Assembly (NCBI GenBank): GCA_965205335.1
Contig: OZ242164.1
Location: 96,001 to 160,000, forward strand
Length of the DNA stretch: 64,000 nt
Origin: Candidatus Woesearchaeota archaeon
GTDB taxonomy: Archaea; Nanobdellota; Nanobdellia; Woesearchaeales; UBA583
Direction of reading: 5' to 3'
The notes under the pieces were generated by a model. The model saw only the letters and a list, made by a program, of their open reading frames with translations. It ran no database searches and was not told the DNA's origin. The stretch's first letter is position 1, and the number at the start of each line of letters is the position of its first letter. The translations under genes and the position numbers were made by a program. Positions 31,935 to 42,974 of this stretch are shown here, piece by piece.

Positions 31935-33815
31935 ATGAAACTTACCAATATTAAAATTAAGAATTTTAAGTCTTTAAAAGAGATGGACGTTGATTTAAAT
32001 TCTAATAAAAATTTAGTTATTGGTAAAAATAATTCAGGAAAGTCAAATTTTTTGGAGTGTATAGGGATGATGTTAAAACCAGGTCGGAGTGGAATGAATT
32101 TGCCAGCATTTAATTCCGAATTAAATCATGAATCAAAGTATTTGAATCCAAAGGAACCAATAGAGATAGAGGTTAGGTTTGATATAACAGATAGTCTAGC
32201 AAACTTACCTGAAGAAGTAAAAGTTTATTCATTTCAGGAGGTAGGAAGAACTTTCTTAGTACTTTCATTAGAAAAAAAAATAAATGAAGATGGTTTCTTT
32301 TATATTGGTAATACTAATGTTACTTTTCCAGAATATGTAAAAACTTCAAGGTATATTTATTTTAATTGTATTATTGTTGATACAGATAGAAAGTTTGATA
32401 AAAATATAAATTCTGATACTTGTTCTTCTATATTTGGAACAATTCTTTCGAATATGATTGGAGCCTTTATTGAAGCAAATAAAGGAAAACTACTTGATAT
32501 TTCTAAGGAGAGTGATGAAAATTTCTCAAATAATTTTTGTAAAATGCTAACTTTATGGTTTGAAAAACAAATTATTGTTGATTCTACTTTTGATGAGGTA
32601 AGAAGAGTTTTATTTAAGCATAAACATTGTATTAAGTGCGAGACATTAGATTTTATTAACAATGGATTTATAACTTTTGATTATTTGGAAAAGATCCTTA
32701 AGAAATTATCAATCTTAATGGATGATGGTAATTTGCAAGAAATAAATCTAAAGGGAATGGGAATTCAAAGTACATTTTTGATTAGTCTAATATTAAAGTG
32801 TAATATGTTTTTTAGAGTTCCTCCAATCATCTGTATTGATGAAGTTGAACTTCATTTACATCCTCAAGCTCAGAGAAGATTCAATTCAATATTAAATGAT
32901 CTTTCTTCAAAAAATCAGTTAATACTCACAACTCACTCTCCAATTTTTATAACTGAGACAGATATCTTTAAGTTAATACTATTTAAGAAAGAAGAGTATA
33001 CTTCTTTATCTCAGGTCGGAAATAGAGAGAATTTAAATGAGGACATAGTAAAAAGGGAATTAAATGAGTTTAATTCTGAAATGTTTTTTGCAAGCGCAGT
33101 TATGTTGGTCGAAGGTTTAACAGATAAATTATTTTTTAGATATATTGCTAATAATTGTCTAAGTCAAGAATATAATTTTGATAAAAATAATATTTCAGTT
33201 ATTCCTATTGGGAGTAAAGATAATGGTAGAATATATTTACAGATTCTAAATGAATTTAATATTCCATACTTTGTTCTTTTAGATAAAGGTGGAGAGAATC
33301 AAATTAAGAAGTTAGAAAGAATTAATAGATACAGTAATAATTTGGTTTCTCTAAAAAAAGGAGAGATTGAAGATTATTATTCAGAGGAATTGATTATAAA
33401 GATAAAGTTGAAAGAAGTTCCAAATGTTAAAGATCTTCTAGCAGACAAATTAAATAATAAACCGAATAAAAAGACAATTGAGAAAGCTTGGAAAAAGATG
33501 ATCTTAGATCATTTGGAAGATTTTCCTAAAAACAGATTTAAGGAATTGAGTAAAGAAGATCAAAACAGATTGAATAAAGATATATCAAAATGGTTCTCCA
33601 AGGCTTTGAATGAACTAGTGGCAGATAAAGATTTTGAAGTAGAACCTAGAAGAAAGTATCAAATATTAGCCTCAATATTTGGCTCAATAGGAAAACCGAG
33701 GTTAGCACTTACTTTATTAAATTATATGGAAGATGAGAAGTATCTCGATAGTGAGATCATAGATATTATAGTTAGAGTGGTTGATTTAAGTAAACATCAA
33801 AGATCAAAGGGTTAG
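31935..33815 (+). CDS. OLD-family ATP-dependent endonuclease
   Basis: GKNNSGKS, KGMGIQS, IDEVELHLHP, TTHSP, VMLVEGLTD, LLDKG. Confidence 0.9.
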   Translation: MKLTNIKIKNFKSLKEMDVDLNSNKNLVIGKNNSGKSNFLECIGMMLKPGRSGMNLPAFNSELNHESKYLNPKEPIEIEVRFDITDSLANLPEEVKVYSFQEVGRTFLVLSLEKKINEDGFFYIGNTNVTFPEYVKTSRYIYFNCIIVDTDRKFDKNINSDTCSSIFGTILSNMIGAFIEANKGKLLDISKESDENFSNNFCKMLTLWFEKQIIVDSTFDEVRRVLFKHKHCIKCETLDFINNGFITFDYLEKILKKLSILMDDGNLQEINLKGMGIQSTFLISLILKCNMFFRVPPIICIDEVELHLHPQAQRRFNSILNDLSSKNQLILTTHSPIFITETDIFKLILFKKEEYTSLSQVGNRENLNEDIVKRELNEFNSEMFFASAVMLVEGLTDKLFFRYIANNCLSQEYNFDKNNISVIPIGSKDNGRIYLQILNEFNIPYFVLLDKGGENQIKKLERINRYSNNLVSLKKGEIEDYYSEELIIKIKLKEVPNVKDLLADKLNNKPNKKTIEKAWKKMILDHLEDFPKNRFKELSKEDQNRLNKDISKWFSKALNELVADKDFEVEPRRKYQILASIFGSIGKPRLALTLLNYMEDEKYLDSEIIDIIVRVVDLSKHQRSKG

Positions 33816-34238
33816 TGTTGCTGGAACTTAGGTACTCCTATGTATAAAATTTCTTTTATGAATATAGGATTATACCTATAAAAGAGAAGGTGCTTATTAC
33901 AGCAGATGTGGAAGAGGCTCTGTAATAAATTCGGATGTTTAATTAAATTTTGTATTATTTAATTGATAAGAAGGGAAACAAATACTCTATTCATTTTGTA
34001 ACTATTTTTCTTAATTCTGTCACAATATCGACCATTGCCATTGTATCTAATTCACAATACTCTTTGAGTGCTTTTCTTATTTTCTTAATTTCTACTAGTG
34101 TGAATGAGATAGTTTTTTGAGGAGATAACATCTTTGATTTCTCTGTACTTTTACTTTTGGTTTTAATCATAAAATCTGTAGTCAGGTAAACAAAAAGTTA
34201 AGTTTTTTTATCCCTCCTTTATCTTTATGAAGCACATT

Positions 34239-34484
34239 CTATTCTTTTATGTTCCAATATCCACCCTTATCAGGTCCTATCCTTTCAATAATACCTTTCC
34301 TTTTCAGTTTATCTAATTGAAATTTAACCCCATCTTCACTAATTCCTACTAATTGAGATAATTCTCTCCTACTAACTTTAGGATTTTTCATAATCAAAGT
34401 AACTATTTTTCTAGTAGTTTTGTGAGTGATTTTCTGGGTAGTTTTCTGGGTAGTTTTCTGGGCAGTTTTCTGGGTAGTTTTCAT
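34239..34484 (-). pseudogene. C-terminal wHTH fragment with TTQK repeats; ATG lies at the junction with a half-MITE
   Basis: TTQK-type 12-bp repeats, IERIGPDKGGYW tail; second copy at 57309. Confidence 0.7.
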
Positions 34485-34545
34485 TTGTCAAAAATTACTT
34501 TATTTATATAACACTTTAAGTTCTCTTGACTTTCCGGACAGAGCC
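34483..34545 (-). mobile_element. Half MITE (IS5-type)
   Basis: ATTTGTCAAAAATTACTTT...TTTCCGGACAGAGCC. Confidence 0.85.
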
Positions 34546-34637
34546 GAATACTCCAAAAATTTATAAATCTTTAAATAAATATATTAAAATAGTTGAGTCT
34601 ATTTTAGAAGTCTATGGATAAGAGAGGGAAGATTTAA

Positions 34638-35993
34638 ATGAAAAATACAATTAAGATAAACCCAAAAAAACTTAATTATCTAATTAGGTTGTTCCAATTT
34701 ACTCCAGAAAGCTTTTTAGAAGAGTTTAACAGAGGAAGAAAAAGAATAAAACTAACTAAAGACTTGTTAGATAAAATTTTACAATCTACTGAATTTAATT
34801 TAAAAGAAGATATTTTAAAACAAATAGATAAATTTTTTGAAAGAGGAATTTCATATTATACCGATTTTTTAACAGAGAAAGTTGTAAGCAAGGAAAAATT
34901 AGAAGAGGAATTAAAAGATAATGTTTTCTTTAGAAAAGATAAATTTAATTCAAATTTGAATTTAGCAAGTAAGAAGAAAGTAATTTATTATAATGAATTA
35001 AAAAGAAGGATAATAACTCTAACGAAAAACATTAATTTCGATTTAGAAAGGAAATTGAAAAATAGTTATTCAGTAAATGATAATCCAAGAGATGTTGCCT
35101 TAGACTTTAGAAAAAAATTTGTTGAAATAGAAAAAAAATTAAAAGAGTGGGGAGAGTTAAGGAATCCTGTCTTAATAGGAGAGAATAAAAGAATTAAGAA
35201 AGAGAGTAAATATCAGAAACAAAAAGAATTCTTAGAAAATCTTATCAGGGTTATTGAAGATTTTAATATTTTTGTATTTGAATTTGTTGAAAGAACAAAT
35301 TTAAAAGATGAAAATAAAATCAATTTTAATGGTCTTTATTTAGAACCTAACATTATTGTAATTAAAAGAAATCAAAAATATTTCAAAAGAGAAATATTTA
35401 CACTTCTTCATGAGTTTGCTCATTATATTTTAAAGAAAGAAGAAATTGACGATGAAACAGATTCAAATTTGATTGAAGATACAGAAAAGTATAAAATTGA
35501 AAAATGGTGTAATGATTTCACTTTCTATTTTTTAGATGAAAATGATTTTAAAAACAAAATAAAAAACTGCAAGATAGATTCTTATAAAAGTAAATTGGAA
35601 GAATTTTCAAGAGATTCATTTTTAAGTATTTATTCCTATTATATCAAATTAGAGGAAAGTGGAAAGATATCAAAAGAAGAGTGTAAACGAAAGATAAAGG
35701 AATTTGAGGAAAATAGGATTAAAAAAGAAGAAGAAGATAGGAGAAAAAATAAAGAAGAGGAAAGAGAGAAGATTATTAAAAAACTTGAGGATTCAAGAGT
35801 AGAACCAACAGAAGAGAATATTAAAAAGCATGCAAAAGGAGGATTCGGTATTCCAAAACCTATTGAAAGTAATTTATATACAAAGATAGCTGAGATTAAT
35901 TTTTCTGCTGGAAATATTGATGAGACAGATTTGTGTGGATTGTTATCCTTAAAAGAAAAAGACCTAAAAGAAAGAGGGGTTTTATTGGAATGA
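34638..35993 (+). CDS. ImmA/IrrE-family metallo-endopeptidase
   Basis: REIFTLLHEFAH, IEKWCNDF. Confidence 0.85.
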   Translation: MKNTIKINPKKLNYLIRLFQFTPESFLEEFNRGRKRIKLTKDLLDKILQSTEFNLKEDILKQIDKFFERGISYYTDFLTEKVVSKEKLEEELKDNVFFRKDKFNSNLNLASKKKVIYYNELKRRIITLTKNINFDLERKLKNSYSVNDNPRDVALDFRKKFVEIEKKLKEWGELRNPVLIGENKRIKKESKYQKQKEFLENLIRVIEDFNIFVFEFVERTNLKDENKINFNGLYLEPNIIVIKRNQKYFKREIFTLLHEFAHYILKKEEIDDETDSNLIEDTEKYKIEKWCNDFTFYFLDENDFKNKIKNCKIDSYKSKLEEFSRDSFLSIYSYYIKLEESGKISKEECKRKIKEFEENRIKKEEEDRRKNKEEEREKIIKKLEDSRVEPTEENIKKHAKGGFGIPKPIESNLYTKIAEINFSAGNIDETDLCGLLSLKEKDLKERGVLLE

Positions 35994-36592
35994 GAATAAT
36001 AATTGATACAAGTAGTTTAATTTTCTTAAACAAGCATTTTTATTTTGATAAGTATAATATCAATAATAATTTTAATATTTTGTTAAATTTTATTAAATCT
36101 AAAATTGAAAACCATGAAATAGTTATAATTGATAAGGTTTTAAAAGAATTAGAAAGATTTCAAGGGAAAAATAATATAATTAATTATTTGAAGATTAATA
36201 ATGTTTGTGAAGTAAATGGTAAAGATATTGATTCCTTAATACATCAAAATTATTTAATAAAAAATGAGCAGAATTGTGGAGATATAGAAGAGGAGTTAAG
36301 AAGTTATAAATGGGAGAATGTAAATCAAAAAGGAGAAGAAATTAAAGGAAAATCAAACTATGCAGATTTGTTTTTAGTAAAGAAAGGGTTGGAATTTAAA
36401 AATAAAAGTAAAGAAGTTTTCATCATAACAGAGGAAAGTAAAAAGGATGATACAAAAATAATTGATAAAATACCAAATATTTGCCAAAAATATAAAATTA
36501 AATGTAAAAATCTGTCTTATTTGTTATTTGAAATTTATAAAGAAGAATTAGGATTTAAAGTAAGTATTAAGGCAGGAGAAAAAGGCAAGTAA
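35990..36592 (+). CDS. DUF4411-like PIN-domain protein
   Basis: IIDTSSLI, YADLFLV, IITEE, KIPNIC; ATGA overlap with the immA-like gene. Confidence 0.8.
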   Translation: MRIIIDTSSLIFLNKHFYFDKYNINNNFNILLNFIKSKIENHEIVIIDKVLKELERFQGKNNIINYLKINNVCEVNGKDIDSLIHQNYLIKNEQNCGDIEEELRSYKWENVNQKGEEIKGKSNYADLFLVKKGLEFKNKSKEVFIITEESKKDDTKIIDKIPNICQKYKIKCKNLSYLLFEIYKEELGFKVSIKAGEKGK

Positions 36593-36632
36593 AAAAGAAC
36601 TAAAAAACAAAGAACTAATTTAAATCACTCTG

Positions 36633-38468
36633 TTAGAGATTAGAATCATTACAACAAGAACACATTCCACAATTGTCTTTCTCATAATCTTCTTCAAAGT
36701 ATTTTAAAATCTTTTTCCTTATACAACCTTCACTTGTAACACATTCTACAAGCAAATCCAATCTTTCCAAATTATTTTTTAAGATAGTATCAAATTTATC
36801 AAGTAAAGGAGAGTAATCAAAATCCAAAATGTTTTTTTCTCTTAAAACAAGAGTCTTATATTTGGGTTTAGAAAATTTCAGACTTCCTTTTTTTCTCAAG
36901 TAGTTGAAAATTTCTTTGATTCTAAAATAATTTAAATTTGTCTCATTCATAATAAGTTGTAGATTTATATATTTTCTTCTACTATTTTTAAAAAATTCAC
37001 AATTTCCTATTTTTTCTAATTCCTCTCTATATTGTGGATTTTCCTTAATTATTTCAGAAAAATTTTTTCTAAACCCAGAATTAGGTTCAAATTGATAAAG
37101 AATATTATGATATGCTTTTATAATACCAACTTCTTCTAATCTATGTAAAATCAAGTTACTTGCAATCTCATTAACTTCAGATTTATGAGAAATATCCTTT
37201 GCAGATGTGAAAAAATATTTATCACCTTTACTTTCCAAATATGAAAGTATATCTTTTAGTTGATCTTCATTAGGCCACCCTCTTTTTAATAATTTCCTAA
37301 TCTTAGACTTATCGCTATCATCAAACAAAAAAATACACTTGGAATCTTTACCATCCCTTCCTGCTCTCCCAATTTCTTGATAATAATTTTCTACTGAATG
37401 AGGGATATTGTAGTGAATAACTTTTCTAATATCTGATTTGTCTATACCCATTCCAAAGGCTATAGTTGCAACAATTATATTTCTATTCCCATTCATAAAG
37501 TCATTTTGTGTTTTTTCTCTTTGTTCTAATGGTAATCCAGCATGATAGTAAGAACATTTTATACCCTCCTGACTTAAAGCTAATGCAATATCTTTTGCTG
37601 TTTCTCTATAACTTACATAAATTATAACTGATTCTTCTAAATTCTTTTTCAATATTTTAATTAGAAAATCTTTTTTCAAATCATCTTCCATTGGATAAAA
37701 TTTTATGTCTAAATTAGGTCTATCAAAAGATGTTTTGAAAACTTTGAATTTACTTTTAAACGTTTTTTCAATATCTTTTTCCACTTTTTCTGTAGCAGTT
37801 GCTGTAAGTCCTAAAACTTTTGGATTATTTAACTCTTCAATAATTTCAGGAATTCTCAAGTAATCAGGTCTAAAATCTTGTCCCCAAGTTGAAATACAAT
37901 GTGCTTCATCAACTACAAATAGATTAATATTTACTTCTTTTAATACCTCCAACAATCTTTCTGTTTTTAGAAACTCTGGTGAAATATATAATAAATCTAC
38001 TTTTCCTTTTTTAACTAAATCTAAAATTTCCTCTTTTATGTTCTCTGGAAGTGTTGAATTTATAAAAAATGCACTATAAATGTCTTTTTTGTTTAAGTTA
38101 TCAATTTGATCCTTCATCAAAGCAATTAGAGGACTTACAACAATAGTTAAACCTTCTTTAACTAACATTGGAATTTGAAAACATAAAGATTTTCCCCCTC
38201 CTGTTGGCATAATCCCCAATATTCTCTTATCTTCCTCATTGAGGATATTATTAATGATTTCCTTTTGTTGTGGCTTGAAATCATTATATCCAAATACTCT
38301 TTCAAGAATATAATCTGGAGAGTAATTCTGATATGAAGCAGAAGAATTCCTTCTACACTTCTCAATTAAATCTAATATTCCATCTTCATATTTTTTATTG
38401 TCAGTTGTAAATCCTTTTCTCTTCCTTTCTTCTTTAATTTCCTCAATAAATCTTTCTGCTTCATCCAT
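36633..38468 (-). CDS. recQ: RecQ-family DNA helicase
   Basis: MPTGGGKS, VVDEAHCISTWGQDFRPDY, ATIAFGMGID, YQEIGRAGRDG, C-terminal Zn motif. Confidence 0.95.
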   Translation of the reverse strand: MDEAERFIEEIKEERKRKGFTTDNKKYEDGILDLIEKCRRNSSASYQNYSPDYILERVFGYNDFKPQQKEIINNILNEEDKRILGIMPTGGGKSLCFQIPMLVKEGLTIVVSPLIALMKDQIDNLNKKDIYSAFFINSTLPENIKEEILDLVKKGKVDLLYISPEFLKTERLLEVLKEVNINLFVVDEAHCISTWGQDFRPDYLRIPEIIEELNNPKVLGLTATATEKVEKDIEKTFKSKFKVFKTSFDRPNLDIKFYPMEDDLKKDFLIKILKKNLEESVIIYVSYRETAKDIALALSQEGIKCSYYHAGLPLEQREKTQNDFMNGNRNIIVATIAFGMGIDKSDIRKVIHYNIPHSVENYYQEIGRAGRDGKDSKCIFLFDDSDKSKIRKLLKRGWPNEDQLKDILSYLESKGDKYFFTSAKDISHKSEVNEIASNLILHRLEEVGIIKAYHNILYQFEPNSGFRKNFSEIIKENPQYREELEKIGNCEFFKNSRRKYINLQLIMNETNLNYFRIKEIFNYLRKKGSLKFSKPKYKTLVLREKNILDFDYSPLLDKFDTILKNNLERLDLLVECVTSEGCIRKKILKYFEEDYEKDNCGMCSCCNDSNL

Positions 38469-38507
38469 ATCATTAATTAATAATCAGAAAATTTTTAAAA
38501 CTTTGTG

Positions 38508-39314
38508 TTAAAAAGGTTTTTGAGTCTTCTCTTTAAACCATCTTATGAAATTTTTTGTTTTTAAAGAATTTGCTGGAGGAGCAGGTAATTGCAAAAGTTT
38601 CCCATGGCGACAAAAATAGATAGAAATTGTCTTTATTTCTAAATATTTATCTGCTTCATCAATTCCTCCTATGAGGGAAAGAATATAGTAACCTATTAGT
38701 TGGTGAAAGTCTTCTTTTTTGAGTTTGAGGTTTTTAGTTGTTTTGAAATCTATAATTTGGTTATCTAGAATAATATCTGCATCTGCTCCTCCAACCAACC
38801 TAGATGCTTTACCAAAAGTTGGGTTAAGCAAACATATTTTGTTGGCGGTAAATAAATTCTTGTCAACTAAGTTAATTAAATTTCTTAAGTCTTGAATATC
38901 TCCTTCATCAACCTTGTCAATGTTTGGATCAATATAACCAGCTCTATAAATTAGATCTATTTTTGCTAATAAAATAGTTGTTTTTAAAACATCATCAGAT
39001 AAGACTCCATTTTCAAGATACTTCAGATAGACTTTCTTAGCGTTATCTACTGTCTTTTTCAGTTTGTTTTTTAAAACATCACCAGGGATTCTACTTAGGG
39101 CATTTTCTGCTACCCATTCTTTGGTTATTGCGTTTGGATTACTCCGTTTGATGTAAAAACGGAGTAAATAATCAAAAGCTGTTCCAACCAAACCATAATG
39201 TTTAGTGATAGGGGGTGCTTTTAATTCTGCTTTAAGTTCAATTTTAGGCAGTGGAAATGTTTCTACAAATTTCTTTCTCACATCAGGATTTTTTATGAAT
39301 GAAGTTAAACTCAT
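38508..39314 (-). CDS. PD-(D/E)XK-like nuclease
   Basis: GTAFDY, ADADIIL..IIDFKT, QLIGY. Confidence 0.7.
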   Translation of the reverse strand: MSLTSFIKNPDVRKKFVETFPLPKIELKAELKAPPITKHYGLVGTAFDYLLRFYIKRSNPNAITKEWVAENALSRIPGDVLKNKLKKTVDNAKKVYLKYLENGVLSDDVLKTTILLAKIDLIYRAGYIDPNIDKVDEGDIQDLRNLINLVDKNLFTANKICLLNPTFGKASRLVGGADADIILDNQIIDFKTTKNLKLKKEDFHQLIGYYILSLIGGIDEADKYLEIKTISIYFCRHGKLLQLPAPPANSLKTKNFIRWFKEKTQKPF

Positions 39315-39649
39315 AACATTTTGTTAATGAGGAATTTTATATAAAGGTTTGTGAAGTTGATTGATTTGTCTAACTTATTGTTCTTATTTTGATATTTGTA
39401 AGAATAGATAAATCAAATTTATAGAGAACGCTAAATATTTATTATCCCACCATCTAAGTACTAAATAAATTAGATAAAAATTAAATAATAATCCAATTGA
39501 AACAAACTTAAAAAATAAAATGTCTGATAAAAATACTTGAAAAACAAAAAAATTAGAAGAAAAGAAAAAAATTATTCATCAAAAATTGCTCTATTTCTTG
39601 AATTTCTGAACGGAGTTTATAGTTGAAGATTATACTATAGTGAGGATTA

Positions 39650-40576
39650 TTAATCTTTATATTTTCCAAATACTTTACTAAACTTCTCGGATGTGACCAT
39701 TAACCATTCCAAATGATAATCCCTATTATAATCAGTTATTATAAAATTTTCTTTAGTTGCTTTAATTCTTGATGCTTTTTTACCTTCTAATTGCATCCAT
39801 TCTAATTTCATATCTAATTCTTTTTCTATCTTATCTTTATTACATTCAAATTTGTAATATAAATCCTTTGAGTCAGGAATATAAATCTCAGTTCCTATTT
39901 GGTTTGTTTGTGAATTAATAGTTAATGCAATATGACTTTCCGAGCTTCCATAACTTAGATCTAACCAATGTTGAGGATGTGCTTTTCTAAATCTTAGCTT
40001 AGAACCTTTTTCCTTACAATATTCTTTTAGTTTATTCCAAAACTCTAATTGCATTAATTGGGTATCAGAGTACCCTCCTTTTCTCTGAGAGGTTTTAATT
40101 GCTTTAGCCCATGAGTTAGGTTTTGAGATTACTTCAAATTTAGGTGCAAAATCAGAATTTCCAATTTGCCATAGTTCCATTTTAATTGCAAAGAAATTTA
40201 ATTTTTCATCGGTGTGTTCATTTAACCAATCAATGGCCTGTTTGTGTTCATCTCTTACATTTTTAACTAGCCAAATAACAATTTCAGCATCATGTCCTGA
40301 AGCATAAGTAATAATTTTACCTAAATGATCATGGTTTGTATTTTCTAATTGATTTTCAATGATTATTTTTCTACCTGTGATTTCTTCTTCTGCTAGAATA
40401 TCCACATTATATCTTCCAACACTTGCTTCTGTTTCTATTACTTTAATTCCTACATCTATTTCTTCACTTAGAATTGCCAGATTCTCTTCTTCAACTAGCC
40501 AGTTTGTGAAATCTAATGCTTCATTTTCCCATGCTTTTCTCAAATCTATTTTTTTCAACTTGCTCAATTTTACCAT
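39650..40576 (-). CDS. DUF4268 protein (copy 2)
   Basis: Near-identical to 19308..20234 including flanks. Confidence 0.85.
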   Translation of the reverse strand: MVKLSKLKKIDLRKAWENEALDFTNWLVEEENLAILSEEIDVGIKVIETEASVGRYNVDILAEEEITGRKIIIENQLENTNHDHLGKIITYASGHDAEIVIWLVKNVRDEHKQAIDWLNEHTDEKLNFFAIKMELWQIGNSDFAPKFEVISKPNSWAKAIKTSQRKGGYSDTQLMQLEFWNKLKEYCKEKGSKLRFRKAHPQHWLDLSYGSSESHIALTINSQTNQIGTEIYIPDSKDLYYKFECNKDKIEKELDMKLEWMQLEGKKASRIKATKENFIITDYNRDYHLEWLMVTSEKFSKVFGKYKD

Positions 40577-41122
40577 AAGGTATTATTAATTTAATTCTTT
40601 ATAAAGGTTTCTTTGCTTCTTCAAATTTTGAATAGTACTTTTTCATTTTTTTCATAATAAACTCGTTTTTAATCTATGAGATAGTTAAATCATTTAGAAA
40701 GAATTCAAGAAAAATTTAGAGTTCCTGTTTCTGTTATTTCTACTTTAACTCATTTATCTTCCTCCAATTGTTCCTACTTTTGACATTACAAAATCATATT
40801 TATTGAGTTCAAATTTCTTTTTATACTCTAAAATTAATTCTCTAATTTCTTCAGCTGACTTTTCATTAAAAACAAACTCTGAATTCTCACTTTTTAAAAC
40901 ACCTTCTTCATCTTCTATAAGATGACCTAACATATTCCTTTTTTCTAAAACTTCTTCGTAAAACTCACTTTCTTCAAATTCAATACTTAATCCTAATTTC
41001 TGTATTTTTCTTAAATTTTAGAAGAAACTTTATATGAAACTGAAGTAACTAATAAAAGAAGAAGGGTTGATAATTATAGAACACTATAAGTCTATACAAC
41101 TTCAACCATATAATCAACCACA

Positions 41123-41154
41123 CCAATTATTGGCAAAATCATACCAATTATTGG
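41123..41154. promoter_or_regulatory. Tandem palindromic operators CCAATTATTGG x2 (21-bp spacing) abutting a TATA box
   Basis: 41123-41133 and 41144-41154; TTTATAAA at 41161. Confidence 0.6.
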
Positions 41155-41189
41155 CATATATTTATAAATAAAAAAAACCATTTACTTTT

Positions 41190-41339
41190 ATGAGTGAAAC
41201 AGAAAACAGGATTTTTGAAGTATTCTTTGAAACAAAGCAGGAAAAAATTTATTTTAATGAACTTCGTAAACTGACAAAATCATCTAACTCCTCCCTTCAG
41301 AATGCTTTAAATAAACTTGAGAAAGAAAAAACAAATTAA
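41190..41339 (+). pseudogene. Truncated HTH, homolog of the N-terminus of 53709 (not in ORF track)
   Basis: MSETENRIFEVFFETKQEKIYFNELRKLTKSSNSSLQNALNKL. Confidence 0.7.
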
Positions 41340-41476
41340 AAACATTATATTAATGATTAAAAGAAATAAGAATAAATTCTTAACAGAACCTTATTTTTGG
41401 GTTCTGTTTGTTTTTGGAGACCTGAGATATTCTTGAATTTCTGGATAAAGCCTCTCTTAATCATTGTTTAAGATTT

Positions 41477-42061
41477 TTAACTTAGTTTTGAATTTTCAAA
41501 GTCTTCTTTTTTAATTAAAACTTGTTTTAAAACACACTGTGACAATTCGTTTGAACGGGAAAAATCAGAATTTCTTTTTTTATCATAATATGTATATAGT
41601 ATAGTTTTTACGTTTTCACTGTCAATGTCTTTGATTACTGGTACAAAATCACTATCACAAGCAATTAATATTATTTTTTTTATATCAGAGAATTTGTAGG
41701 GTGTTTTTGATAAATCCATAGTTAAATGAGTATCTACACCTTTTTGAGTATATACAAATTTTCTATTCTTTTTCACTCTTTGGACTCTTCCCTCTCTAAT
41801 TGTAATGTTATTTCCAAGAGATAATTTGTGTACAAATTTATCATAGTTCTCTTTCTTTATGCTTTGTTCTCTAGTTGGTTTGCTTGAGATAAATGGAGGG
41901 GCTGTATAGTAAAATATATGTTCAACTTTTAATCTTTCTTTTTTTGCAAAGATTTCTGCTAATCTGAATATGTCATATTTTAAATATTTACCATTTCCAT
42001 AGTGTAAAGCTAATTTTGATAGAAATCCTGCATCAATAAAAATTAGAGTTTTTTCTGACAT
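41477..42061 (-). CDS. NYN-domain ribonuclease (family A)
   Basis: IFIDAGF, FYYTAPP, QKGVDT, IACDSDFVP. Confidence 0.9.
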   Translation of the reverse strand: MSEKTLIFIDAGFLSKLALHYGNGKYLKYDIFRLAEIFAKKERLKVEHIFYYTAPPFISSKPTREQSIKKENYDKFVHKLSLGNNITIREGRVQRVKKNRKFVYTQKGVDTHLTMDLSKTPYKFSDIKKIILIACDSDFVPVIKDIDSENVKTILYTYYDKKRNSDFSRSNELSQCVLKQVLIKKEDFENSKLS

Positions 42062-42098
42062 AGAAATTCAACGTTAGAATTATTTATAAAGTTTTTCA

Positions 42099-42151
42099 GA
42101 AGAGGTGTAGAACTCATCTAGAAACCCCACCTCAAGATCTCTAGGGTGCAT
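42099..42151 (-). ncRNA. Putative pseudoknot small RNA, family A copy 1
   Basis: Lies between its own TATA (42175-42184) and the NYN TATA (42083-42090); conserved with 50037-50090. Confidence 0.6.
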
Positions 42152-42250
42152 GTTAATTATTGTAATAATTCTATATTTATATAGTTTTCTATGTTTTCTT
42201 ACTTTTCTAAACTTTCTATACTGACTTAGGGTGTTAGGTGGATATTTTGC

Positions 42251-42836
42251 TCAGTTTCTTGTTCCCTCAAATTCCATTGAAAAGATTCTAGTGTAGATTG
42301 TAACTTTTACTCCTTTTTTTCCTTTAGTGAATAAATTTAAGGTTCTATCGTCTATGTAGTTGTCTATTAGTTTTATTGATTTTTTGGCATTTCTTATTAG
42401 GTCTGAGATAAATTTGTGTGCATCAAATAGTTGTCCTTCAAAGAATATTCCTTTTTGGGGTTTTATGTCAGGGTTTTTAAGTAGTGAGAATATTTTGTTG
42501 AAGTTGGTGTCATAGTCCAATAATTTGTTCTCAATAACATTTAATCTATATAGCATATCTTGATTTTCAGAAATAAATTTTTTCATTTCTATGAATGCAT
42601 TTATTATCTGAATGCTTATTTTGATTGCGGTTTTGCTGTGGAGTACTGCTGAGAGCATTGAAACTCCTTGTTCTGTAAAGACGTAAGGTAATTTTCTTCT
42701 CCCTCCATGTTCATAACTTGAAGTCACAATTTGTGACGTCAAGATTTCATATTCATGTTTAGTCATTTGGAACATAAATTCCTTTGGAAATCTCTCAATA
42801 TTTCTTTTTACTGCCTGATTTAGCACTTTTGTTTCA
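42251..42836 (-). pseudogene. ORF6N-domain gene, 5'-truncated copy of 50182..50868
   Basis: LNQAVKRNIERFP, LPYVFTEQGVSMLS. Confidence 0.8.
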
Positions 42837-42974
42837 TATAATGCAGTGTCCCTTTAGAGAATTCTTTCTTCTTCTGAAGGCACTTCAATTTCTTTTTTGC
42901 CATTTTCTTCATTTTTAGATTTATTAGAAACAAATTTTATTGAATATAAATATTTTTTTAAGGAAGTAATATTT

